From contig CM069131.1 in assembly GCA_035221665.1 (NCBI GenBank), forward strand, positions 170,004,001-170,068,000: a DNA stretch of 64,000 bases, in the 5' to 3' direction. How positions within the stretch are numbered: position 1 is the first letter of the stretch; each line of letters begins with the position of its first letter. The translations under genes and the position numbers were made by a program. Positions 1-11,838 of the stretch are shown here, in pieces. This DNA comes from Okamejei kenojei. Its lineage: Eukaryota. The notes under the pieces were generated by a model that was given only the letters and a program-made list of their open reading frames with translations, made no database searches and had not been told where the DNA came from.

Positions 1-1955
1 GATGTATGTATTGTAAACTTTTATCCCATAAATCTTTCGTTATAGATTGATTTATTTCATTTTCCCATGTGTGTCTATATGATTCCATTGATGGTATCTC
101 ACTATCTAAAAGGGTGTTGTAAATATAAGTTATTAATTTTTCTGTATTAGGATGTTTATTCAGACATTCATCTAAGATTTCTGGTTCCCTATTCCTATAA
201 TCTTGTGTATTTAACCTAACATAATCTCTGAGTTGCAAGTATCGAAAAAAAATATTTGAGTGTAACCCATAAATCTGTTGCAGTTCTTGAAATGAGAGGT
301 AAGTGCCTTTTTTGTAAAGGTGTTCCACCCTTTTGATTCCATAGTTTTTCCATTGTATAAAGCCTTTATCTAGTATGGAAGGTTTGAATAAGGGATTATT
401 TACAATAGGGAGGTAGTGGTACATTGTCCAGTTTTAGAGCCTTTTTAAGTTGTTTCCAGATTCGTATACCACTATATATTATAGGGTTTTCCCCATAAGT
501 TTTTTTGTGCAGTTTTGTCGGTGCAAATATAATCGAACCGATTTCAAAAGGTAGACAGTCCTCCTTTTCCATCCTTAACCATTCTGGTTGTTGATCCATT
601 TCTTCCAGCCAAAAATTCATGTTTTTAATATAAACTGCCCAGAAATAGAACAAAAAGTTTGGTAGAGCTAAACCTCCATTAATCTTTGATTTACATAAAT
701 GTTTTTTATTTATTCTATGATTCTTGTAGTCCCAGATGAAACTTGTGGAGTCTACTTTTAAAAAAAAAGATTTTGGAATATATATCGGGATGGATTGAAA
801 TAGGTACAATAATTGCGGTAGAAAAATCATTTTTATAGCATTAATTCTACCGAACATTGAGATAGGAAGTGTTTCCAGTATTGAATATTCTTATTTAGTT
901 TATTCATTAAAGGTGGAAAATTTGATTTAAATAAAGAGCTATACCCCTTAGTTACATAAATACCTAAATATTTAAATTTTTCGTCAACTATTTTAAAAGG
1001 TGATTGTTGTAGTATATGTATATTATGATCCGTTATTGACATGATTTCGCTTTTATTCCAATTAATTCTATATCCTGAGAAATGACCGAATTGAGTTATT
1101 AGATTTAATAAATTTGGAATGCTAATTTCCGGCTTTGTAATGTATATTAGTACATCATCTGCACATAGAGAAATTTTATTCGTTGTATCTTTAGTATTGT
1201 ACCCATGTATTTCTGGATTAGATCTGACATTTTCTGCAAGCAGTTCAATTGCTAAAGCGAATAATTATGGAGATAACGATCATCCTTGTCTACAACCTCT
1301 GGAAAGATTAAATTTAGTTGATAACATTTGATTTGTTAGTATTCTAGCTGTTGGGTTAGAATATAACAATTTAACCCATGCACAGTACTTTTCTACCAAT
1401 TGAAATTTTTCCATCACTGAAAATAAATATGGCCATTCTACTTGATCAAAGGCTTTTTCAGCATCTAGCGATATAATTGCTAGATCTTCATTAGCAATTC
1501 TGTTTGAATATATAATATTAAACAATCGTCTAAGGTTATAAAGTGACGTTTATAAGGATAAATGAGTGACGTTTAGGGATAAAACCTGTTTGATCAGGAT
1601 GTATTAATTTGTTAATTACTAAGCTCAATCTATTAGATAGGATCTTAGTTAATATTTTCTGATCAGTATTTAATAGAGCTATTGCTCTATATGAGGCCGG
1701 GTCTTCTAGATCCTTATCAATTTTAGGTATCAGTATTATTGTAGATTCATTTAAAGTTTCCGGGAGTTGCTGTTGAGTATAAACATGTTTATACAGTGTT
1801 TGTAAGCGTGGAGAAATCAGATCATAATTTTTTTTTTATAGAATTCAGAGCTTAGGCCATCAGGGCCAGCGGCCTTTCCATTTTTTAAAGATCTAATTGA
1901 CTCTTCAATATCTTTGGTCGTTAATTCAGCTCCTAATAATTCCTGTTCTTGCAGA
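1..1955 (-). mobile_element. L1/Tx1-clade LINE, degraded ORF2 (RT and C-terminal region); runs off the window start
   Basis: Minus-strand ORF pieces carry L1 ORF2 motifs ISLDAEKAFDQVEWPYL, LSRGCRQG, FKYLGI and GGLALPNF; YADDVL is readable at ~1147-1164. The pieces are broken by stops and frameshifts. Confidence 0.85.
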
Positions 1956-2636
1956 TCTTATACAACTGCAACATGACCTCCCAACTTCTATACTCAATGA
2001 TCTGACTAATGAAGGCCTAAGTGCCGAAAACCTTTTTGAACACCTTATCTACCCACTATGCCGCTTTCAAGCAACTATGTACCTAGATCCCTCTGCTCTG
2101 CAACACTCTCTAGAGTCCCACCATCCACTGTGTAGGTCCTGCCCACGTTGGACATCCCAAAATGTCGCACCTCGCATTTCTCCGTTTTAAATTCCAGTTA
2201 ACCATTCCTCAGCCCACCTGGCCAATCGATCAAGATCCTGCTGCAATTTTTGACAACCATCTTCACTAACTGCAATACCACCTACTTTTGTGGCATCTAC
2301 AAATTTGCTAATCATGCCAGGTTCATTCTCGCCCAAATCATTGATATAGATGAAGATCAGCAATGGGCCCAGCACCAAACCCTGAGGAACACCACAAGTC
2401 ACGGGCCTCCAATCTGAAATACAACCTTCCACCATCACCCTCTGCTTCCATCCATGAAGCTAATTTTCTATCCAATCAGCTATCTCTCCTTGGACCCCGT
2501 GCGATCTAACCTTTTATAGCAGCCAACCATGTGGAACCTTGTCGAATGCCTTACTGAAAATCGATTTATGCATCTATTCATCAACCTTTTTGGTCGCATC
2601 ATGAAAAAACTCAATCAGATTCATGAGACATGATCT
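1956..2636 (-). mobile_element. CR1-type LINE, internal RT fragment (old)
   Basis: ORF 2187-2438 reads VTCGVPQGLVLGPLLIFIYINDL...SKFVDATKVGG...LQQDLDRL, typical of CR1 RT. Confidence 0.8.
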
Positions 2637-3305
2637 AGAAACATAGAAACATTGAAAATAGGTGCAGGAAGATGCCATTCGGCCCTTCGAGCCAGCACCG
2701 TCATTCATAGGGATCATGGCTGATCGTCCACTATCAATAACCCGTGCCTGCCTTCTCCCCGTATCCCTTGACTCCACTAGCCCCTAGAGCTCTATCTAAC
2801 TCTCTCTTAAATCCATACTGTGACTTGGCCTCCACTGCCCTCTGTGGCAGGGAATTCCATAAATTCACAACTCTCTGGGTGAAAACGTTTTTTCTCACCT
2901 CAGTCTTAAATGACCTCCCCTTTATTCTAAGACTGTGGCCCCTGGTTCTGGACTCGCCCAACATTGGGAACATTTTTCCTGCATCTAGCTTGTCCAGTTC
3001 TTTTATAATTTTATGTTTCTATAAGATCCCCCCCTCATCCTTCTAAACTCCATTGAATACAAGCCTAGTCTTTTCAATCTTTCCTCATATGACAGTCCCG
3101 CCATCCCAGGGATCAATCTCGTGAACCTACGCTGCACTGCCTGAATCACAAGGATGTCCTTCCTCAAATTAGGAGACCAAAACTGTACACAATACTCCAG
3201 ATGTGGTCTCACCAGAGCCCTATGCAAGTGCAGGAGAACCTCTTTACTCCTATAGTGAAATCCTCTTGTTTTGAAGGCCAACATTCCATTAGCTTTCTTC
3301 ATTCC
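2637..3305 (-). mobile_element. CR1-type LINE 3' end
   Basis: [24 protein letters not shown] and FTQRVVNLWNSLP motifs; short-repeat tail (agaaacat)n at the left end. A near-identical sibling lies at 42655-43258. Confidence 0.85.
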
Positions 3306-3786
3306 ATTATCACCCATGTACAAAACCACACTGACTATCCCTAATCGGCCCTTATCCATCTAAATACACGAATCCCTCCGAATACTCTCCCTCATTGGTG
3401 ACCCTCGGACTATCTTTGATCGGACTTTACTGGCTTTATCTTGTACTAACTATCATGTATCTGTACACCGTGAATGGCTCAATTGTAATCGTGTATTGAC
3501 CTTCTGCTGATTGATTAGCATGCAACAAAACTAAACTGAACTAACTTAAAAGGATATTTAAAACTCAGCCCTCTAGCAGGAAGAATATTGGTGCTCTTCT
3601 CTGTAATCAGTCACTGTTGGTGCTCTTCTCTGTGATCATGGGTGATCATTTTTCTAACCAGCGACCCTTAGTTCTAGATTTTCCTGCTAAAGGTAACCAT
3701 CCTCTTCACATCCACCATGTTTTAATCAAGACTCCTCTGGCTCTTCTAAAGTCCAGCAGAAGCAAGCCTGCTCTGTCAAACCTTTC

Positions 3787-4745
3787 TGGATGATGGGGTG
3801 GAAAATTGGATAAGTAAGTATGCAGATGATACTAAGATAAGTGGTATTGTGGATAATGAAGTAGATTCTCAAAGTCTACAGAGAGATTTGGGCCATTTGG
3901 AAAAATGGGCTGAAAGATGGCAGATGGAGTTTAATGCTGATAAGTGTGAAGTGCTACATCTTGGCAGGACAAATCAAAATAGGACGTACATGGTAAATGG
4001 TAGGGAATTGGGGAATGCTGTGGAACAGAGGGATCTAGGAATAACTGTGCATAGTTCCCTGAAGGTGGAATCGCATGTAGATAGGGTGGTAAAGAAAGCC
4101 TTTGGTGTGCTGGCCTTTATAAATCAGAGCATTGAATATAGGAGTAGGGAAGTAATGTTAAAATTGTACAAGGCATTGGTAAGACCAATTCTGGAGTATG
4201 GTGTACAATTTTGGTCGCCTAGTCATGGGAAGGATGTCAACAAAATAGAGAGAGTACAGAGGAGATTTACTAGAATGTTGCCAGGGTTCCAGCAACTATG
4301 TTACAGAGAAAGGTTGAACAAGTTAGGTCTTTATTCTTTGGAGCGCAGAAGGTTAAGGGGGGACTTGATTGAGGTCTTTAAAATGATGAAAGGGATAGAC
4401 AGAGTTGACGTGGATAAGCTTTTCCCATTGAGGGTAGGGAAGATTCAAACAAGAGGGCATGACATGAGAATTAAGGGACAGAAATTTAGGGGTAACGTGA
4501 GGGGGAACTTCTTTACTCAGAGGGTGGTGGCTGTGTGGAATGAGCTTCCGGCAGAGGTGGTGGAGGCAGGATCGATTTTAACATTTAAAAGTAAAGTGGA
4601 TAGGTATATGGACGTGAAGGGAATGGAGGGGTATGGTCTGAGTGCAGGTAAATGGGACTAGGGGAAAACAAATGGTCGGCACGGACTGGAAGGGCCGAGA
4701 GGGCCTGTCTCCGTGCTGTAATGGTTATATGGTTATATGGTTATG
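3787..4745 (+). mobile_element. Young 5'-truncated CR1 LINE with an open 287-aa C-terminal ORF2 segment (3798-4661)
   Basis: SKYADDTKISG, LEYGVQFWSP and FFTQRVVAVWNELP; 3' tail (atggttat)n at ~4721-4745. Same subfamily as the - strand copies at ~25015-25410 and ~38203-39625. Confidence 0.9.
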
Positions 4746-5179
4746 ATGCTGTGGGCCTTGGTGGCCTCGTCTACTGCATACGGTGTTCTTAATTATGGCT
4801 TCCTAAAAGTAGGAGAGATTAAGTACCGACTCGGCGACCGTTTCACTGAACACTTGCGCTCGGTCTGCTAAGATCTACTGGATCTCCCAGTTTCTAACCA
4901 TTTTAGGTAAGACCCAGATCCCTTCACACTTTCCTTTTTCAAAGCTGTTGAATTTGTCTGATTACTCAGAATTGTTTTTAAGTGCCCTGCTATAATGTCT
5001 TTAATGAAGCTCCCAACATTTTGCCTATGATGGATGTTAAAGCTTAATAGCCTGTAGCTACCTGCTCTTTGTCTCCTCCCTTTTTGAATAAAGGAACTAT
5101 ATTTGCTGATGAATCTTGAAAAATTTGGGCGATTAAACCAATGCATCAACAATCACATTGGCTTCTGTAAAGATTTAGA

Positions 5180-5975
5180 GTACTGAGCAATTTAGGGCCT
5201 CATATCTGAGGAAGGATGTATTGGTTTTGGAGAGGGTCCAGAGGAGGTTCACAAGAATGATCCCAGGAATGAGTGGGTTAACATATGATGAGCGTTTGAA
5301 GGCACTGGGCCAGAACTCGCTGGAGTTTAGAAGGATGAGGGGGACCTCATCAAAACTTACTGAATAGTGAAAGGCTCGGATAGAGTGAATGTGGAGATGA
5401 TGTTTCCACTGGTGCTAGAGTCTAGGACCAGAGGCCATAGCCTCAGAATAAAAGGGCGTACCTTTATAAAGATGAGGAGGAATTTATTTTGTCAGAGGGT
5501 GGTGAATCTGTGGAATTCATTGCCACAGATGGCTGTGGAGGCTACGTCAATGGAAATGTGTTTCCAAGTTAGTGCCCAACCCAGGCGACCATTTCTGTGC
5601 TAGAAATAGGAGAAGATCTGCAATCACATATTACAATTGCTCCACAATTTAAAATCTCTACTCCTACAGCAACTTTTCTTAGTTTAACTATGATACTTTG
5701 CACTTAACGTAATTCCCTTATCATGTATCTGTACACTGAACGGTTTGATTGTAATCATGTATAGTCTTTCCGCTGACTGGTTAGCACGCAACAAAAACTT
5801 TTCACTGTACCTCGGTACATGTGGCTAAACTAAAACTGAACTTTTTTAAATATGGGTATTGACATATTTTTGATTAGTACGTGTGTCATGGGATGGGGTT
5901 GAGAGGGAATTATAAATCAGCCATGAATGAATGGCGGTCTAGACTTGATGGGCCGAATGGCCTAATTCTGCTCCT
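5180..5975 (+). mobile_element. CR1 3' fragment interrupted by other sequence, including a LINE 3' UTR (~5556-5840)
   Basis: ORF 5367 reads ESRTRGHSLRIKG...QRVVNLWNSLP. The CR1 tail (gatgggccgaatggcctaattctgctcct) resumes at ~5845-5975. Confidence 0.7.
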
Positions 5976-7097
5976 GGAAGATCGAACATGCCCTCGGATG
6001 AGGTCCATCTGGCTGGAGACAGCTCCAACAATTTACTGAGTAACTTGAGCCAACAGTGTTCAGACAATATGTCTGAACAATAATCAGACAACCAGCAACC
6101 TGCTTGCATGTGCCGGAAGTGACAAGTTCAGAACTGAGCAAATAAGTCACGTCAGACTGTTATTTGCTACACCATTTTTAATTTGGTCTGCTGTAATTTA
6201 GATTTGTCTTTCCCACGTGGTTTTTAAACGTTAGACGTGTCACATTTCTGTAGGAGCACACAATTATTGCCACAGTGAAGAGAGAGAGAGAGAGAGAAAG
6301 ACATACTCAATAAGCAAAGGCTAAAGCAAACACAACGTTTATGAATTTAACGTGCAAGGATTGGAAATGAAAGTAAATGAATGTAAATAAGGTGAGAATA
6401 TAGGAAAGAAAGACCGGTTAAAAGGAGAGAATTGGAGATAAATTCAAAAAAATAAAGAAAATATGCAACATATTGCATTTTTTTTAAAAAGTTTCTGAGA
6501 AAATTTGGAGTGTAACTCTGTCCATGTGATAGTTCATTCATGACACCAGAGAGGTTTCCGAGCAGTGGATTAAAATATTGTGAGCCTTGGTCTATAAGTT
6601 ATCTGCCATTTGCCATTGATGTGGGCGTGGAGGTGCACACTGAGGTCTGATTTTCAAAGCCAATGGTGGAGTGGAGCATTGTTGACAAGAACGCTGGTTT
6701 CCCATTGCAAATGCCCTTGGTTGAAATCTCTGTGTGGTTTGCATGTACGTGCTGGAGAATGTGATTGGGCTCGCCATTATTTTGACAGCAAACTCCAGGC
6801 CATGCAAATTGTGGCGTCCCGCTCGTGTTTCAGTTTACTTTAGTGTACTGAGGTGGAGTGACAAGTTCAGATTTCCCCTTTCAACTGTGCAATCTAACTG
6901 AATGTGCGAAATATGCACAAGGGGCCAAATGGTGGTCTCCTGTTGCTGTGGTTTCAGGAGTCGAGAGCGCTTTCTAGTCATTTGCCCCGAAACAGAACAA
7001 TGAAATGCTTACTTGCAGCAGCACAACAGATATGTAGACATTCTACTCTGTAACCACCATAATACATGCACACACAAAACATTCTATATATAATGAG

Positions 7098-7295
7098 GGT
7101 ACACAAAAGGCTGGAGAAACTCAGCGGGTGCAGCAGCATCTAAGGCGCGAAGGAGATAGGCGACGTTTCGGGTCGAGACCCTTCTTCAGACTAGTCAGGA
7201 ATCAGGGAAACGAGAGCTATAGATAGTGATGTGGAGAGATAAAGAACAATGAATGAAAGATATGCAAAAAAGTATCAATGATAAAGGGAACAAGC
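7098..7295 (-). mobile_element. Penelope-associated short terminal repeat containing a hammerhead-like core
   Basis: Same sequence as the ends of the GIY-YIG-bearing element at 50309-51852. Minus strand 7162-7189 reads CTGAAGAAGGGTCTCGACCCGAAACGTC. Confidence 0.65.
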
Positions 7296-7351
7296 CGTGT
7301 GTGTGTGTGTGTGTGTCCGTCCATCCGTTCCCAGGTCTGTGTAATTCAGAG

Positions 7352-7645
7352 CTTATTTAGAGGTGGTTGTGTTTAATAGCCTGATGTTTGCAGAGAAGAA
7401 GCTGCTGCTGAACCTGGACGTTACCGTTTTCAGACTCCTGTACATTCTTCCCGACGGCCGGAGTGAAATGAGAGTGTGGTCAGAGTGGTGTGGGTCTCTG
7501 ATGATGCTGGCTGCCCTTTTTGTAGATCCCTTCAATGGTGCGGAGATCAATACAGGTATTGATCTCCTCACCACTCTTCAGATCCTCTGGGTTGTCCCTG
7601 GGCGTCGAACCAGGCCGTGATGCAACCAGTCAATGTGCTCTCTGC
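7352..7645 (-). mobile_element. Rex1/Babar LINE 3' fragment
   Basis: IIRDPHHSDHTLISLRPSGRMYRSLKTVTSRFSSSFF matches the C-terminus of the long Rex1 ORF at 9828-11798. Confidence 0.75.
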
Positions 7646-8082
7646 AGGTGTCCGGCTGTAGAAGCTGCTGCGCCAGCGACTGTATGTGCGTGCTCTCCAG
7701 CTGATCTGGGATTGCTGAATGCTGATCTTGCTGAGCAGTATGTTTGCTTAGATCAGGGGCTCTGAGCACAAACACATCCAAAATCACAAAAGAAGCGCGT
7801 AGGTTTGCGGATAACGTGACTGATTCGGGTTCCATGGCAAAGGCAGAAGTTGACAAATATCGTGTACTTATGACAGTAATGGAGAAGCATAAACTTCTCA
7901 AACCCTCTGGCCCTGGGCTACTCAATTAGTTGCTTTCTTCTTTCAATATGTAACTACAATTTTGCGGCACCAATGGGGAACATTGTTTTGGCTGTTAAAT
8001 ACCAGTGGAAAAATCCATGAGTAACACTCTCATTACCCGAGGCATTCCCAGTAATGAGAGTAAAAATGAAACCTTTCTTTGG

Positions 8083-8565
8083 ACTTTGGAGATAGGGCAT
8101 AAAAGCAGGTCCATTGGCCCGATTGCGTCTGCGCCGTCCAGCGATCCCCGTACGCCAGTGACTCCAACTCTCCCGCTTTCGGCGGGATATCGCCCGCTGA
8201 AAGGCCATTTTCGCAAAATCTCCCGCTCTCCCGCTTGAGATTTTGCGAAATTTCCCGCTCTCCCGCTTGAAATCCCGCAAGCGGGAGATTTTGCGAAAAT
8301 GGCCTTTCAGCGGGCGATCTCCCGCCGAAAGCGGGAGAGTTGGAGTCACTGGTACGCTAGCACTCTCCTACACACGGAATAATTTACAGAGCCCAATTAA
8401 CCTACAAACTTGTACATCTTTGGAATGTGGGAGGCAACCGGAGCACCCAGAGAAGACCCATATGGTCACTGGGAGAACGTACAGACAGCACCCATGGTGA
8501 GGATCAAACCCGGCTGTCTGGCACTGTAGGGCACGGACTCTGCCACTGTGCCACCGGGCTGCCCC
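8083..8565 (-). mobile_element. tRNA-derived SINE (HE1-like) split by a MITE
   Basis: Minus strand starts GGGCAGCCCGGTGGCACAGTGG (A-box-like) then GGGTTTGATCC (B-box-like). The body and CR1-like tail are shared with at least six other copies in the window. Confidence 0.8.
8155..8352. mobile_element. 198-bp palindromic MITE with ~70-bp TIRs and a 4-bp TSD (TACG)
   Basis: Left end CCAGTGACTCCAACTCTCCCGCTTTCGGCGGGA is the reverse complement of the right end TCCCGCCGAAAGCGGGAGAGTTGGAGTCACTGG. TACG occurs at 8151-8154 and 8353-8356. Confidence 0.85.
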
Positions 8566-9009
8566 AAGTTATTACAGTGTTTTGAATATCCATTACTGAC
8601 AGCACTGAAGAAACTTGGGGAGAATACATAGCTGCCGCAGTGCAAGGAACTTCTACAGGTGTATGTTAGCAAGCACATTGACTATGCAGGAAACTTGCCA
8701 CAGATTCCTGCTCGCTGTGCTGTTGCCTACCTTTCTACTGGGACACCAGCCATGAATCTTTGCCCATTGCTAGCACTGCCACTGCGATGGAACAGCTCCG
8801 TGCAGAGTGAACCATTGTAACTGTGCAGAAGCTCCCAGTGGAGGCTGATGTTGATGTCTGGGGCAGATGGTGTGTCACTCCGCACAGGCCTCGGGGCTGC
8901 AGAAAACTGGGCATCTTTGTGGACCATCAGCAGCAGCAGAAATGTACTGTAACCTCCTCGTGGTCCAGTGCATCTCACACTCCACCGTTGCTGAGTGAAG
9001 GGCGAGTCA

Positions 9010-9530
9010 TATCGTTGGGTTGCATCGCAGCTTGGTTTGGGAACAGACCCAAGAAATTTCAAGAGGGTTGTGCATCTTGCCCAGTCTATCACAATTACCC
9101 AGACTAGCCTCCCCACCATTGTCTCCATCAAAACCTCACGCTGCCTCGGAGAAGCAGCCAACGTAATGAAAGGCATGTCCCACCCCGAGCATGTCTTCTT
9201 CCTGCGCCCATCCGGCAAAAGGTACAGAAGCTTAACAACATGCACCACCAGACTCGGGCGTTTGAACAGTCCTTCCATAAGCCAGGGTACTGTCCAATTC
9301 ATCTCTACCCCATTGTGTCGACATAGCACTCTGTCCATGGAATTGATGCATTACATTGCTGGGAACTATATTGTGCACTCTGTACCTTCCCCTTGGCTCT
9401 GTCTATTGTACCTGAGTTTGACTTGACCGTATTTATGTATGGTACATCTGATCTTGTTGGGCGGCAATTAAAACAAAGTTTTTCACTGTACCCTGTTGCA
9501 CATAACAATAATAAACCTAAACTGGAACAA
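9010..9530 (+). mobile_element. Rex1/Babar-type LINE 3' fragment with 3' UTR
   Basis: GCIAAWFGN and HPEHVFFLRPSGKRYRSLTTCTTRL; tail ends aataataaacctaaac. Confidence 0.7.
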
Positions 9531-9827
9531 CAAAAAGGCACAGCTATAAATGATGAGTCTGGCGAGGCTACATCAAGAACAACAAAAACAGTGTATAATG
9601 GCAGAGCTCGGTGATCTAACCTCCAGTGAAACAGATCAAAGCTGTGTAATGTTGCCAAAACTGGTTGTTAATGAACAGAAGGCAAAGACTTAAATAAGTC
9701 AAAAAGTCAAAGTCAAAAGAGTTTATTGTCATGTGTCCCTGACAGGACAATGAAATTCTTTCTTTGCATAGCATAACATAACATAGTAGGCATTGACTAC
9801 AATTATATACGTAAATACACACATTAA

Positions 9828-11798
9828 TTAATAAATTAATAAAGTGCAAATAACAGATGGAGGGGTATTAATGTTCAGAGTTTTGTCCGAGCCCAGGTTT
9901 AATAGCCTGATGGCTGTGGGGAAGTAGCTATTCCTGAACCGGGTCGTTGCAGTTCTCAGGCTCCTGTACCTTCTACCCGAAGGTAGCAGGGAGATGAGTG
10001 TGTGGCCAGGGTGGTGTGGGTCCTTGATGATGCTGTCAGCCTTTTTGAGGCAGCGACTGTGGTAGATACCCTTGATGGAAGGAAGGTCAGAGCCGATGAT
10101 GGACTGGGCAGTGTTTACTACTTTTTGTAGTCTTTTCCTATCCAGGGTGCTCAAGTTGCCGAACCAAGCCACGATGCAACCGGTCAGCAAGCTCTCTACT
10201 GTGCACCTGTAGAAGTTAGAGAGAGTCCTCCTTGACAGACCGATTCTGCGTAATCTTCTCAGGAAGTAGAGGCGCTGATGAGCTTTCTTAATAATTGCAT
10301 CTGTGTTCTCGGACCAGGAAAGATCTTCACAGATGTGCACGCCCAGGAATTTGAAGCTCTTGACCCTTTCAACCATCGACCTGTTGATATAAACAGGACT
10401 GTGGGTCCCCATCCTACTCCTTCCAAAGTCCACAATCAGTTCCTTGGTTTTGCTGGTGTTGAGGGCCAGGCTATTGTGCTGGCACCATATGGACAGTTGC
10501 TCGATCTCTCTTCTGTACTCCGACTCATCCCCATCAGTGATACGTCCCACAACAGTGGTGTCGTCAGCAAACTTGATGATGGAGTTCGCACTGTGACCGG
10601 CTACGCAGTCATGAGTATAGAGTGAGTACAGCAGGGGGCTGAGCATGCAGCCTTGAGGTGCTCCCGTGCTGATTGTTATCGAGTCTGACACATTTCCACC
10701 AATACGAACAGACTGTGGTCTGTGAATGAGGAAGTCGAGGATCCAATTGCAGAGGGATGCGCAGAGACCCAGTTCTGCGAGTTTGGTAACCAGCTTGGAG
10801 GGGATGATTGTGTTAAATGCCGAGCTGTAGTCAATGAATAACAGCCTGACATATGAGTTTTTGTTGTCCAAGTGGTCCAGAGCGGAGTGGAGGGCCAGCG
10901 AGATCGCGTCCACCGTTGATCTGTTGTGGCGGTAAGCGAACTGCAGTGGGTCCAGGTTTTTGTCGAGGTAGGAGTTGATTTGCGCCATGATCAACCTCTC
11001 GAAGCACTTCATCACCACAGGCGTTAGTGCCACTGGTCGATAGTCATTGAGGCACATCACCTTGCTCTTCTTGGGCACCGGTATAATTGATGCCTTTTTG
11101 AAGCAGGTGGGAACCTCAGACCTCAGAAGTGACAGGTTGAAAATGTCTGTAAAAACTCCAGCCAGATGGTCCGCACAGGTTTGTAGAACACGACCAGGTA
11201 TACCATCAGGTCCAGACGCTTTTCGAGGGTTCACCCCTCTGAAGGATTTCCTGACGTCGGCCTCTGTGACTGAGACTGAAATACCATCACAGCGAATGGG
11301 GACTCGGGAAGGCACATCGGTGTTCTCCCTATCAAAGCGTGCGTAAAACGCATTGAGCTCATCAGGGAGTGATGTATCGCCGACATCCGAGCTGCCTCCT
11401 GGTTTCACCTCGTAGGAGGTGATTGCAGTCAGGCCCCGCCACAGCTGCCGAACATCTGTCTCATCCTCCAGTTTGGAGCAGAACCCCCTTTTGGCCTTTT
11501 TGATGGCCTTACCAAGGTCGTATCTGGACTTCGTGTAGACCACTGTATCATCAGACATGAATGCCCGGTGTCTGGTCTTCAGAAGAGTGCGGATCTCACA
11601 GTTCATCCAAGGTTTCTGATTGGGAAACAGTCGGAAGGTTTTTGTAGGGATGCAGTCCTCCACACATTTCTTAATGAAGTCTGTAATGACTGTGGAGTAT
11701 TCGTTCAAGTCTGTTGCCGAGTCCTTGAACATTGCCCAGTCTACAGACTCCAAACAGTCCTGTAGTTGTTCCTCTGCCCCCCCCCCCCCCCCCCCCAC
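9828..11798 (-). CDS. Rex1/Babar reverse transcriptase portion of the ORF (open for 656 codons)
   Basis: FPNQKPW, KASGPDGIPGRVL, LNDYRPVALTPVVMKCFERL, LFIDYSSAFNTI, GAPQGCMLSPLLYSLYTHDC, IIKFADDTTVVG and FKFLGVHI. The annotated start is an artefact of the poly-G run. Confidence 0.85.
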   Translation of the reverse strand: MGGGGGGAEEQLQDCLESVDWAMFKDSATDLNEYSTVITDFIKKCVEDCIPTKTFRLFPNQKPWMNCEIRTLLKTRHRAFMSDDTVVYTKSRYDLGKAIKKAKRGFCSKLEDETDVRQLWRGLTAITSYEVKPGGSSDVGDTSLPDELNAFYARFDRENTDVPSRVPIRCDGISVSVTEADVRKSFRGVNPRKASGPDGIPGRVLQTCADHLAGVFTDIFNLSLLRSEVPTCFKKASIIPVPKKSKVMCLNDYRPVALTPVVMKCFERLIMAQINSYLDKNLDPLQFAYRHNRSTVDAISLALHSALDHLDNKNSYVRLLFIDYSSAFNTIIPSKLVTKLAELGLCASLCNWILDFLIHRPQSVRIGGNVSDSITISTGAPQGCMLSPLLYSLYTHDCVAGHSANSIIKFADDTTVVGRITDGDESEYRREIEQLSIWCQHNSLALNTSKTKELIVDFGRSRMGTHSPVYINRSMVERVKSFKFLGVHICEDLSWSENTDAIIKKAHQRLYFLRRLRRIGLSRRTLSNFYRCTVESLLTGCIVAWFGNLSTLDRKRLQKVVNTAQSIIGSDLPSIKGIYHSRCLKKADSIIKDPHHPGHTLISLLPSGRRYRSLRTATTRFRNSYFPTAIRLLNLGSDKTLNINTPPSVICTLLIY

Positions 11799-11838
11799 AA
11801 CCAGCTCTGTACTGTCCTCACCTCTGGGGGTGCGCTCT

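Noticed and set aside
3798-4661. 287-aa ORF as a host or domesticated gene
   Set aside because: It is the C-terminal part of a 5'-truncated CR1 ORF2, followed by the CR1 tail, with sibling copies elsewhere in the window.
7744-7929. ORF containing TKEARRF as a possible upstream PSTPIP2 exon (human REEARKM)
   Set aside because: Similarity is limited to a few residues and no suitable splice sites flank it. Earlier PSTPIP2 exons were not found in the window.
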